From NCBI GenBank assembly GCA_013265495.1, contig MU058781.1, positions 6,848,522 through 6,912,521 of the forward strand: 64,000 nucleotides of DNA, in the 5' to 3' direction. The notes beneath the pieces were generated by a model. It was not told the DNA's origin, ran no database searches, and worked only from the letters and a program-made list of their open reading frames with translations. The stretch is from Vicugna vicugna (taxonomy: Eukaryota). Position numbers and translations under genes: made by a program. This document shows, one piece after another, positions 39,401 through 51,600 of this stretch. How positions within the stretch are numbered: position 1 is the first letter of the stretch; every line of letters starts with the position of its first letter.

Positions 39401-42400
39401 TGCTGTAAAAACTAGCTTTATATCTATATTATTTTTCAATGTATTTGTAGGATCAAATCCTAGAAATAGAATTGCTGTGTCAGAATATAGACAGTTGTCT
39501 TGATAGGAAGTCATTCTTAGACATGAGAGCATTTTTAATTTGTGTGTAAGGAGTAAAGAATGAAGGCAGACACTCACCATGTACCCACCAGCCAGTTTTA
39601 GAAACAGAACATTACCAGTGCCTCCGTAACTCCCTGGGTGCCCCTCAGTAGTTCTCTTCCTCTTCTGCTCCTGCAAGAGCGAACAGTATTTCAAATTTTG
39701 TATTTATTATTCTTTTGCTTTTTGTTATAGAGTTAATACATATGTATGAAACCCTAAATAACGTACAAAGTTTTGCATATTTTTACACTGGTTGCAAACC
39801 AGATCCTGTTGTTTGTCTTCCTCTGCAGCTTGCTCTTTGCCTTCACACTGAGGTTTTTCAGATGCATCCATGGTGATGCCTGCAGCTCGGCTTCATTGCT
39901 TTTCCCTGCTGTGTAGCGCTGTACTGTGTGACTCCGCTGCAGGGCGTCTGTTCTAGAGGATTTTCTAGTTTGGGGCTGTTATACACAGTGCTCCTGTGAG
40001 CCTTCTTGCACGTCTCTCCTCGTGCACACGTGCCAGAGTTTCTCTGCAGTATATCCCAAGGACCAGAATTGCCAGGCCATATGGTATGTCAGTCTTCAGT
40101 TGATTTAGGTAACTTTTCCACTGGACTATGACATACAAACGGAAAATGCTCAAGTCCAAGTACATAGCTCAATGAATTTTCAGAGTCCACATGTAGGCAG
40201 CTCCCAATAAAGAAGTCAAACCCTTACTAGCCCCTCAGAAGCCCCCTTGTACCCCCTTTCGCCCAAGACATCCACCCCTTTCCCCCCCACCTACTCTCTG
40301 ACTTACACCGCTGTGGGTGATTTGCTTGCGTTTGCACTTTGTATCAGTGGGATCCTACAGTGTGAGTGCTTTTGGATTTGGCTGCTTTCACGTCCTGGTA
40401 CATTTGTGAGATGCGTCTGTGTTGTAGCGCGTGGTTGTAGTTAATTCTCATTGTCGTGTAGGGTGCCACTGTTTGAGTATAATACACTTTATTTCCCCAT
40501 TCTGCTCTTGATGGGCTTCTGGGTTGTGTTTAGCTCTTCCCTCTTACAAACAATGCACCTTTGAATATTTTCTAATACTTCTCTTGGTGCACACGGACGA
40601 GGGTCTCTCTCAAAAACACAGGCAAACCTTGTATGTTTGTACTTCGCAGATACTGCGTTTTTTACAGTTTGAAGGTTTGGGTGAACAAGTGTTGTCAGAT
40701 GATAGTTAGCATTTTTTAGCAATAAATCATTTTTTAATTAAGGCTTGTATTTTTTTTAGACATAATATTGCTGTACCGTTAATAGATAGCAGTGTAGAGT
40801 AAACAATTTTTGTATGTGCTGGGAAATCAGAAAATTCATTTGACTCACTTCATTGCAATATTTGCTTTGTTGCAGTGGTTGGTCTGGAACTGAACCCACA
40901 ATGTCTCTGAGATATGTCTGTATAGCAAGGTTAGAATTGCCTGGCGTATGTGGGGAGGGTACAGCTCCGTGGTAGAGTGTGTGCTTAGCATGCACAAGGT
41001 TCTGGGTTCAATCCCCAGTACCGCTGTTAAAAATAAATAAAAATAAATAAACCTAATCACCCTCTCCAAAATTGTTGGGCGTATCTAGTCATCTCTTAGG
41101 TATCTATAGGGATTAGTTCCAGGAACCCTCAGATACCAAAATCCGAAAATGCTCAAGCTCCTTATATAAATGGCGTAGTATTTGTATATAACCTACAGGC
41201 ATTCTCCTGTATAGTTTAATCATCTCTAGATTACTTATAATACCAAATGCAATGTAAATAGTGGCTGGTGCATGGCTGGCGCATGGCAAATTCAGGTTTT
41301 GCTTTTTGGAACTTTCTGGAATTTTTTTTTTCAAATATTTTTAATCCAAAGCTGGCTAATTTTGTGGATGTGGAACTCACAGATGCGGAGGGCCAACTGT
41401 AGCATGTACATCTTAAGTTATACAAGATAATGCCGAATTATCATGCATTTGAAAGTTTTGTAGTTTGTCACGTTGTTCTCCAAATTCGTTATATTCTTTT
41501 AGATTTCCACTCAGGACATCTTACACGAGGAGCTGTCTTCCCCGCACCCTCACTCATGCAGCGCTTTACCACACTTTTTTCTTGCCCAGTCTAATTGGTG
41601 AAAAGGGGTACCTTATTGAAGGTAAATTGACACTGAAGACTATATTTCATAATTTAACCGAATTAATGCTTTTTTTGTTTGTTTTGGCAGCCCGAGACCT
41701 CAGATCATTGTTCTCTTCCAGAGGACCTAGTGAGTATTCCTGCGTGTTCTAGACTAGAGTTTGTCCTGCCTTTGCTGATAAGTACTATAAGAAAATGACA
41801 ATAACAGTTTTATGAGTGTCTCTCTCTTTATTTGGTTGCTAATCAAAGCCTTTGTTTTTTGTTTGTTTTTTGCAGGGGGGGAGATAATTAGGTTTGTTTA
41901 TTTATTTTTTTTGATGGAGGTACTGGGGATTGAACCCAGGACCTCCTGCATGATAGCCAGGTGCTCTACTGCTGAGCTACACCCTCCCGCAAAGGCTTTT
42001 TAATCTAACATGATGACTATAGGATAAAAATGCTAGCAATAGAGCTATTATGGGTGATCCTCTCCCAACTTAAAAGAAAACCCTGAAATTTTATTGCTTT
42101 ATGTTAAAAGGAAATAAAAAGAAAGAACTTGACACCTTGCCTTCCTACAAGGATCAGGCTTCTTATCCTTGTTTTTCATGGTTGACTTTATGACCTTCTC
42201 TCCGCTTGAATCCTTCCAGGAAAAGAACAAGAGGCCCGTAATTTGATGGTCTTGGCCCCGATTCAGCCGTGAGAGTGTTCTTGTGTATTCTGATCTCAGC
42301 ATAACTGCTTTGCCCCGTCCCTGCCCAGAAACGGAAGGGGAGGCAGCTGGCAGAACCTCGTCACATTTCATTTAAGGAATCTTTGCTACCGGAGCGGGCA

Positions 42401-42602
42401 GATTCCATAGTCCATATTCAGTGGCTGTTTCAGAAAATGATTTTTTAAAAATTCTGAGTTATTCTGCATTACAGTGATTCAGGATCGTCTGTAGTTGTTC
42501 TGGATGTCTGAAACTCGGGGACTGTGGTTGATGTCTAGGCAAAGAGAGTTGACACCTTAGCAAGACTACTTTAAATCCGTTCTGTTACATAAAGGGGTCT
42601 TG

Positions 42603-42648
<46 letters not shown>

Positions 42649-45600
42649 AAAAAAAAACTAATTGCTTGTACCCTCGGACATTTCCATAGTAAAGCAGTGG
42701 CCCAAATACTTTCTGGATTTAGGATAGACAGGATGAGATCATAGGAAGGAAAACATAACTTTAAATACCATTACAAATGCCTTATGAATCTTTCCCCTAA
42801 TATTCAGACCATTTTCCACTCAAGGTATCTGAACTTGAGGACAAAGGTTGAATTCTCGGGATATGAGAACTTCAAAAAGTTTGAATGAGTCCTGGATGTT
42901 CATCTGCCAGTTATTTTTGTGTTCAGTTAAGAAAGAGACAGGAGCAGGTTGAGGGCTGTATCACCTTACCTTCTTCTATGCGTGTGAATTCTAGGGTCAC
43001 TTTTCAAGCAGTTTCTACATTTTAAGTGCCCATGTTAGTTTCCTAGGGCTGCCCTAACAAATTGCCACAAACTGGGTGGCTTAAAGCAACGGAAATTTAT
43101 TGTCCCATAGTTCAAGAGGCCTTAAGTCTGAAATCAAGATGTCTTCAGGGCTGTGCTCCCCCTGCAGGGTCTGGGGGAGGAGTCTTCCTGGCCTCTCCCA
43201 GCTTCTGGCATTGCCAGCATTCCCCAATGTTCCTTGGCTTGTAGACGCACCACTCCCCATCACTCCTGTCTCTGCTCCGTCATCACCTGACCCTCTTCCT
43301 GTGTCTCCCCTTCTCTGTGTCTCTTCTCTTCTTATAAGGACACAGTCCGGGTGAATGTAGGGCTCCCTCTCCTCTAGTATGACTAATTACATCTGCAAAG
43401 ACCTTGTTTCCAAATAAGGTCACATTCTGAAGTTCAGGGTGGATGTGAGTTTGGAGGGAATGCATTTTAACCTAGTGTAGTGGGCATTTCATTAAATATG
43501 CTAATAGGTTGACTGTGTCAAGCCCAGTTTCTTCAGTGGTATGTGTTCTAAAGGTGACAGTGGGACTTCTGATGGCATAGGAACAAAGTGATGGCCAGGT
43601 GTCCTGGAACGGCGGGTATGCTGAGATCACACACTCAAACAGCAAGACCAAGTGCTAGATCGTCAGTCACTGTTTGCATTTCTCATGCTCTAAGGCAGAG
43701 GTTGGCTAGTGCGCCCTCAGGTGGGCTTCTAGGGGAAAGAAAGCCTGAGGGGAGGTAGCTGGATGGCAGGGGCCTCTCTTGGGTCCTCACTCAGTTTTCT
43801 AGCACAGCTGCAAGACCCAGAGAGTGGAAGAGAGTGGGAAACGCTTGGGTTTGTGTTTTTAAGGCACCTGCATCCTGCCTCTGTGTGGTCCGTTTCGAGT
43901 GTCAGGACCTGAACACTCAGTTTTACTCCGTTCTTCGGGGCTGAGCCAGGAAGGGGTCCCTAGAGACACCCCCGGTGTGTCGGAGAAGGAACTGAAGCTT
44001 CCCTTCTTTTTGGTCCAGCACAGGCTGGTCAAAGGCAGCCACACGGAAAACAAACCTTGAGAACAAAGGTTGCAAACTGAAAAGCCTTCAGGGGCTGGGC
44101 AGGTAAAATGAATATGGGAAGCAGTTGGGAGTAATTCATAGGGTATGCTGGGGCTTGTAGTGAGCTGAAAAATGCTTGCCCCAGATTTGGGCTCTCTCTC
44201 TCGGAAGGGCAACAAAATGCATCTTGAGTTTGTAAACCCCTACCTGATGGCAAGTGGCATTTGCTTGGAGCCTGGAGAACTAACATCAGAGGGTCCCTAA
44301 GCTCAAGGTTCTCCTCTGTCAGATACTTCAAATTCCTGGAGTGAGATCACGTTTTAAAAAAGGCTGTCTAATACAGGATTGGTGGCAGTGTTGCTTTAGA
44401 AGCCAGGTAATTTTATTTTTCACAGTAGTTAGTCATCATGGGGCTGCTTTGATCCAATGACTCCATATGTTAGATCAACTCTAGAATGAGATCACATATT
44501 TTCAGACTGAAAATAGCTTTTTTGGTTCAGTTCTCCATGGAGCATCTTATTTTTCTTTTCTTTTTTTACTGAGGTGTAGTTGATTTGATGGTCGTAGTGT
44601 ACTTTTTCCTCTGAAAGAGTTTTAGTAGCCTCTTGTAAAAAACAGTAATGTGTGACTCTTACCATAGAGAATTATTATGTTCTGCTGAATTTTGCAATTT
44701 CAGTTATCTTTGGATCCTAAGTAAAAAGTGGAGAGTAGAAGATATGTGATTACTATACAGAAAGAAATTTCTCATGTTAGACGTAAACACTGTATAGTCA
44801 GTGGGTGCAGCTTTGAGACTTACCTGGTGTTGGTGGGATTCTTGAGGGAGGGGGCTGTTACCGCAGATCTGAAAGAACTTGGCCTGGGAAACATTCTCTG
44901 CAGGTCTCATCAGCTGTTTTTGTTTCTAAATCTGCCTGTGCAGAACTCTGGTCTAGGACTGCAGAGCGGGCAGAGGCAGAGCAGAAGGGTTAAGGATGAA
45001 TGACGTGACAGGAACCATCTATCCTCGGCTGACTCTGCGTGTACATTTCTTGTCTGCCTCTGTCCCTCTTTGTCTCGCTCTGCCCCGTTTCAGAGAGTGT
45101 CAGAAGTTTCCAACCACTGGTGGTACTCCATGCTCATCCTACCTCCTTTGATGAAAGACAGCGTAGCAGCACCCCTGCTCTCTGCCTACTACCCCGACTG
45201 CGTTGGCATGAGCCCCTCCTGCACCAGCACGCACCGCGTGGCCAGCGACGCCAGCCCCGGGAAGCTGGAGCACGCCAAGGCCGTCCCTTCTGTACTGGGT
45301 GAGAGCTGGCCCTGGCACCCCCTGCTTCCCCTCCCTCTCTTTCCCTGGAAATGTGTATGAACAGGATGCAAAAGATGTTTTTATTTCTTCCCCAAATGTG
45401 TGCAGCATGATACAAAGCGCCTCATTATTTCATGGATTTGGTTAGCCTGTGATCACTCATATCATTTGTATATATGCAGTTAATTTTTCCCTCAGTCCCT
45501 GGAAGAGCCTGTAACACTTGTCCAGGGATCGCATTGACGGAGCTGAATGAGCATTTATTTGAAAGTTGGATGGCTGCATGATTTGATGGTAACGCCCACT

Positions 45601-48600
45601 CACTCTGACAGACCGGAAGAAAGTTTTGACTGAGCTGCCCTTCTTTTTTCTCTCTGAGTCTCTCTACTTCTAATTATGCCATTGATTATCTCAGCAAAGT
45701 GATCTGCTCTTGAAAAAACTTTAAACTTCAGGGCAGGCAGACTGATGACCATTTACTTTAAAGTGACATTTAAACATTCTACATCAGAATTCTTGGTGTG
45801 CAGGCAAGAATTCTAGATCTTCTCCTGCACACTGATAAACTTGATTTTTTTGATGGTGCAAATAGATTTTGACATTGTGGCCCTATCGTAAGATTTTTAA
45901 CTAATAATACTGGGCCCTCTAAAAATGTAGATGTGGTTGAGTCAAAGCTGAAGTGATAAATCCCACTGTTAACGAAGGTAGAATGAAACAGGCACTCAGA
46001 TACTGTTAGTGGGTGTACATTTATGAAGGACAATTTGGCAGTATGAATGAAAAACCTTAAAATAAATGTTCTTTGACCCTAGGAATTTATCCTAAATAAA
46101 TGATCAAAGATTATCAAAAGTCAATCCAAGGATTTATGTGGCATTGTTTACAGTAGTGAAATAATTGAATGAATTTTAAATGCCCAGTAATAGGGGAGAG
46201 GTTAAATAATAAGTAAATAATAAGATGATATATGTCCATTGAAGTCATATTTAATGACATGGGACAGTGTTCTTAAAAAGCAGGTAGGAAAAACAGCCTT
46301 TTTATTGCATTCTTCTGGCTTTGTAAAAACAAATAGCTGTTATGTTAATATTTTCTATTCATAGAAACAAAGCTAAGGATAGACTATACTCCTAAATGTT
46401 GACGCCACTTAAGGATTGTTAGGGGTTAGTGACTGTTACTTCTGTGAACCTAATAAGTTTTTGATCGGAAAAATCCCTATGAAAGTTACTTTTAAGATAT
46501 ATTTCTTTGAGGAGTTGGCATTCAGCTGGGTATGGAATTTTAGCCTTGCAAGATGAAGACGTTCTGTAGATCTGTTGCAAAACGGTGTGAATATACTGAA
46601 CACTACTGAGCAGTAACACTTAAACATAATTAAGAAGGAAAATTTTATGGTATGGATTTTATTTTTTCCCCTACAATTAAAACTTAAAAAAATTCCATGC
46701 CACAGAAATTAAATTTGTGAAGAAAGAATGGAGAAAAAATTGTTAAATTCATGCCTATTTTGTCTAACTAGGCAGAAGAAGTGGAAATTATTACATAGGC
46801 CAGACTGGGGAGTCTCGGCTCTCCTTTTTGGCTTGTTTTTGCTCTTCAGTTTACCCAGATTTGGAAGTTACAGCTTGTGGAATTTGCCCGCTTGCGTCTT
46901 CTCTCAGTTCCAGGCATGAACCGCTACTTCCAGCCGTTCTACCAGCCCAACGAGTGCGGCAAGGCCTTGTGCGTGAGGCCCGACGTGATGGAGCTGGACG
47001 AGCTCTATGAGTTCCCAGAGTATTCCCGAGACCCCACCATGTACCTGGCTCTGAGGAACCTGATCCTTGCCCTCTGGTATACCAACTGCAAGGTGAGTGC
47101 GGGGCCTGTTGGCCTACAGCACGGGGACACCGACTTCCGGTAAAGAGACGAGATGCTTTATCTGTGGACGGAACCTTTAGATCTGGGTGTCTCCACCTCG
47201 GCATTGCTGGCACTGGGTGGATGTTCTCTGTGGGGGGGACTGTCCTGTGCTTTGTAGGATGTTTAAGCAGCGTCCTTGGCCTCTGCACTAGATGCTAGTA
47301 GCACACCCTGCCTCCCACCCCAGTTGTAACAACCAAAAAGTGACTCCAGATATTACCAGATGGGACAAAGTCTCCCCTTCTTGAGAACCACTTTATTTAT
47401 TTATTTTTTATTGAATTATAGTCAGTTTATAGTGTTGTGTCAGTTTCTGGTGTACAGCACAATTCTTCAGTCATACATGAATATACATGTATTCATTTTC
47501 ATATTCTTTTTCAACGTGAGTTGAGAACCACTTTAGACCATACGTCATCAGAATTCTTGACTCTCTAGTGACCGAGTATAAGGTGCAGAGTTTGGTTCAA
47601 GGATTTCCAAGGGCAATGCCAGGAAAAAAAAGACTAAAACATTAAAGACTGGATTAGAAACCCCTTGAAGGCAGGAATTCTTACCTTGTTATCCTCAAAC
47701 ATCTGAGGCCAGTGACTTGCTCTCTGCTGGGACTGAATAAATGGTAGGGGGCTCCCACAGTGACCACCTTGAAAGGGATGAAGATAAATTGGGGGGTGGG
47801 CAGGGTGGGAATACAAGCTTTTTTTTTTTAAACAAAGACTTTCCTGACTCTTGTATTTTTCTGATTTATTAATTTCTTCTACAATTATTTGAGTGACTGC
47901 TGAATGCAGAACGTTTTGCAAGACTGCCAAAGTAATCTTGATTAAGGAACGATATTCCAGTTCCACCCTGGTATTTCCCTGAGTTAGACTCCAGTCTGAG
48001 ATGACCTGATTAAGTTACGGCTGCAAATGCAGTTTATGTGAATTACGCCCAGGTGAGTGGGTTGGGCAAGGTAGAGTTACTCATTTCCTCCCCAGCAGGC
48101 TCAAGGTAGGTACTCAATAAACATTTGCTGAACTGAAGAAAGTTGTGGTCAGAATTTCCTGTGAATAAGTTGTGAAGACAGATCCTTCAGAAACAGCCTG
48201 GGGTTCATTTTTCTTCACATTTCTTTTTCGTTGACCTTGAAATTTGACTTATACAGGGGAAGACTCTTACAGAAAAAATCCTGAACTGAGGAGTGTGGGT
48301 CTACTTTAATTTGTAATAAGAAGATAGGACATATTGTATCTAATACTCTAGTGGGAAAACTCATATATGGTTGCTTTAGTGGAGTCGAAGACTTTGAAAT
48401 GATTTTTTTTTTTTTAACGTCATGAGTACACACACATTTCTTAATCTTCCGCAGCAACCCAGGTCAGTGTCATGCATGTTATTTCTGTAGTATTTTGAGT
48501 ATATAGTCATCTTCCCGTGTTTGATCAGGTTCTGTTGGAGCTGGGTTGGGAACAAGTAGAGGAGAGGCCAGAATTGGGCGCCACCGCTCCCCCGGCCCCT

Positions 48601-51600
48601 GGCCTGAGCCTTTTCTAACTTCATGACTCTGGACCAAGGCCAGATTACTCTTGAATCTGAAATGGACCAAGGCCTGGCCAAAGCTGCTGTTGTAAACAGA
48701 GAAAGGTGGTGTCTTTTTTTGTTTGTTTGTTTTAAACAAGTTCCGAAGTCCATCCCTGCCATGTCTTATCAGGGATGAGAACCCAGTGTTTTCTGCTGCC
48801 AGGGCAGCAGCCTGGGTGTGTGTCCTGGCTTTTGTCGTGTAGTTGATTGAGTCAGGAATATATCTGTGGTGTGGTCTGCCCCCATCCTCCCCATATCAGT
48901 CATTCTCTGTGAAGGGAAACTTATGTGATAAAATACAAATTGCCTTATGCTTCATTTGTCTCTTTCTTTTTTTCCTTCACCAGGCAGACCTCCCCTTGGT
49001 CTTACTATATCTTAGTGATAAATGGTAGATTACAATTACCTGGAAAGGTTTTTGTTTTTTGTTTTTTTTTTTTGACTTGGGGTAAAATACACACAACATA
49101 AAATTTACCATTTTCCCCATAATTTCACAGTTTGGTGGAATTAAGGACATATACAGTGCTGTATAACCATCGGTTCTATCTCGTTCCAGACCTTTTTCAT
49201 TACCCCAAGAGGAAACCCCACACCCATTAAGCAGTGACTCTCCATACCTCCCTTCCCCCACCCAGTTTCTGGCAGCCGCTAGTCCTTTCTGTCTCCGTAA
49301 GATTTGCTTATTCTGGGTATTTCATGTAAATGGAATCATACAGTGTGTGACCTTCTGTAACTGCCTTCGTCACTTAGCATAGTGTTTTTAAGGTTCATCC
49401 CTGTCATAGCCTGTGTTAGTACTTCGTTTCTTTTTATGGCCAGATAATAGTCCACGGATTGATAGACTCCCTTTCGTTTATCCATTCATCCACCGATGGA
49501 CACTTGGATGATTTCTACCTTTTGGCAGTTTGAACAGTGCTGCTGTGAATTTTTTTGAACCTGTGTTTTCAGTTCTTTCCAGTAAATACATGGGCATGGA
49601 GTTGCTGGGTTATATGGTAATTCTGTGTTTAGCTTTTTGAGGAACCAGGCGTTGTTTTTGGTTTGTTAACAGTTTGGTTTTATTTCCAAACACAGGAAGC
49701 TCTTACTCCTCAGAAGTGTATCCCGCACATCATCGTCCGGGGTCTGGTGCGTATTCGATGCGTTCAGGAGGTGGAGAGGATACTGTATTTTATGACAAGG
49801 AAAGGTCTCATCAACACAGGAGTTCTCAGTGTCGGCACCGACCAGCCTCTTCTTCCTAAAGATTACCACAATGTAGGTGACGGTAACCCCAGCAATAATG
49901 CCACCATCGGTCATGACAGATGCTGGCACATTAATGTTAATAATACAAGTAAAATGCACGTTAGCACCCCAAAAGTTAGGAAGCAGGACTTTTGTAGAAT
50001 ATGTTTTTCTCCAGGAAAGAGAATATCAAGCGTTGTTCCCCTAGATGGCAGAGAGGAGGAAGGGAAGGACAAATGCTAACGTGTTCTTTAGGAAAATAAC
50101 TCCGTACAGACGTCAGAGAAATACAGATGAACCAGCGTTACTTGGCACTTAGTACCTTCTGCAGCAACTAAAGCAGTACGTTGTTTCATTGCTCTAATTG
50201 GATTTTTGTTCCTTTTCTTTTTTCTTTTTCTTTTTTTTTTTAAAGAAATCAGTCATCATTGTTGGGGCTGGTCCAGCAGGATTAGCAGCTGCTAGGCAAC
50301 TGCATAACTTTGGAATTAAGGTATGATGTGGGGGACATGGAGGCCGAAACAGATGGCTGACTGCTTCTTTGGTCCAGATTTTCTAAGGCTTAGAAACTAG
50401 TTCCCGATTTCAGTGAAGAAGGCTCATACATTATATCTTTATGTCTTCACAGTCGGTTCTAGCAAAGGTACAGAATTTGAAATCGGTTTAATGAAAGAAA
50501 GGTAGAGGAAATAGAAACTCTTTTTCTCTTCCCAAAACCAGCTTTTGGGGAGGATTTTAGACTCTGACATGCACGATGGAAGAGAACCTAAGATGATATT
50601 AAAGAGGAAATTCTTGACATGCAGTTATTGACACAACAGTGGAGAAAAAGCCCATGTTTCTGTAATAGTTTGAAACAATTAGCAGCTTAGAAATTCATCA
50701 TTTCCTATATGAAAATTTCTGAAATATCCAGTTAAATGTTCTTAGGCAGATCAAAGGCACACTTTGAACCCTACTCTGGAAAACAAAAATCTTTGCTTTT
50801 GGAAGCAAGATCGAATTTGTTAACCCAGGGTTGAGACAGAATTACGTGACTTTGAAAATACTGTATATATTTGAGGTAGCCTCCTTCCCCAAGGAAAAAG
50901 GTGGTCTTTTTTTAATCTAGTATGTCACCTTATTCCACTTGTTCAAAATTAACCAAAATCACACACACACACACACACACACACACAATTTGCAATTCAG
51001 TATCTAGTTTCTATTAGATTCATTAAAATCTCCTAGATTTCTGAGACTTCCTACATCTGACTCATTTCTCCTCTTTTAAAAATTTGTTTTGCAAGGACTT
51101 TGGTTTTCACTTAACCAAACGTGAAAGTCTGTTTGGTAAAATTGAATTAGTGTTTCTCTGTGCTCTATCTGGCTGAAAGAAATGGCAGCTTTTTTTCCCA
51201 CAATGTCTTCTCTCATGGAGGAATTTCAGAGATGAGAACGTTTTCGGTGGCTGTGCCTCGGGGAGGTTTTCCTTTTGGTGGAATGGAAGACCTGAATCTT
51301 GGATTCTATTATGTTGCTGACAGAATGGAAGAATCTTGAGTTGAGTTTATAGGAGGCATGTTTGCCTTTCAAAATATTTCCTAAGTGGCACTGAGCTATG
51401 CGGTGTTTTCGTTGATCATTTATTTGTATCAGCGTTAGATAGTAGGGCTAAGATTTCTTGTTCATTTTTCACTTGAGAAACCCACAGATTATGTTACAGG
51501 GAAAGTTACTCCAACTCAGAGTTTTGGGAGGGGTTGGGGGGTGCTGTCTTTAACGTTCAGACTTCCTCTTACGCTGAAAAGAAACGAGGTTCTGTGTTCA

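Noticed and set aside
32670..45093. Apparent loss of the [13 protein letters not shown] segment (absent from the ORF track)
   Set aside because: Found as an intact 39-nt exon at 41691-41729, so KDM1B is not disrupted
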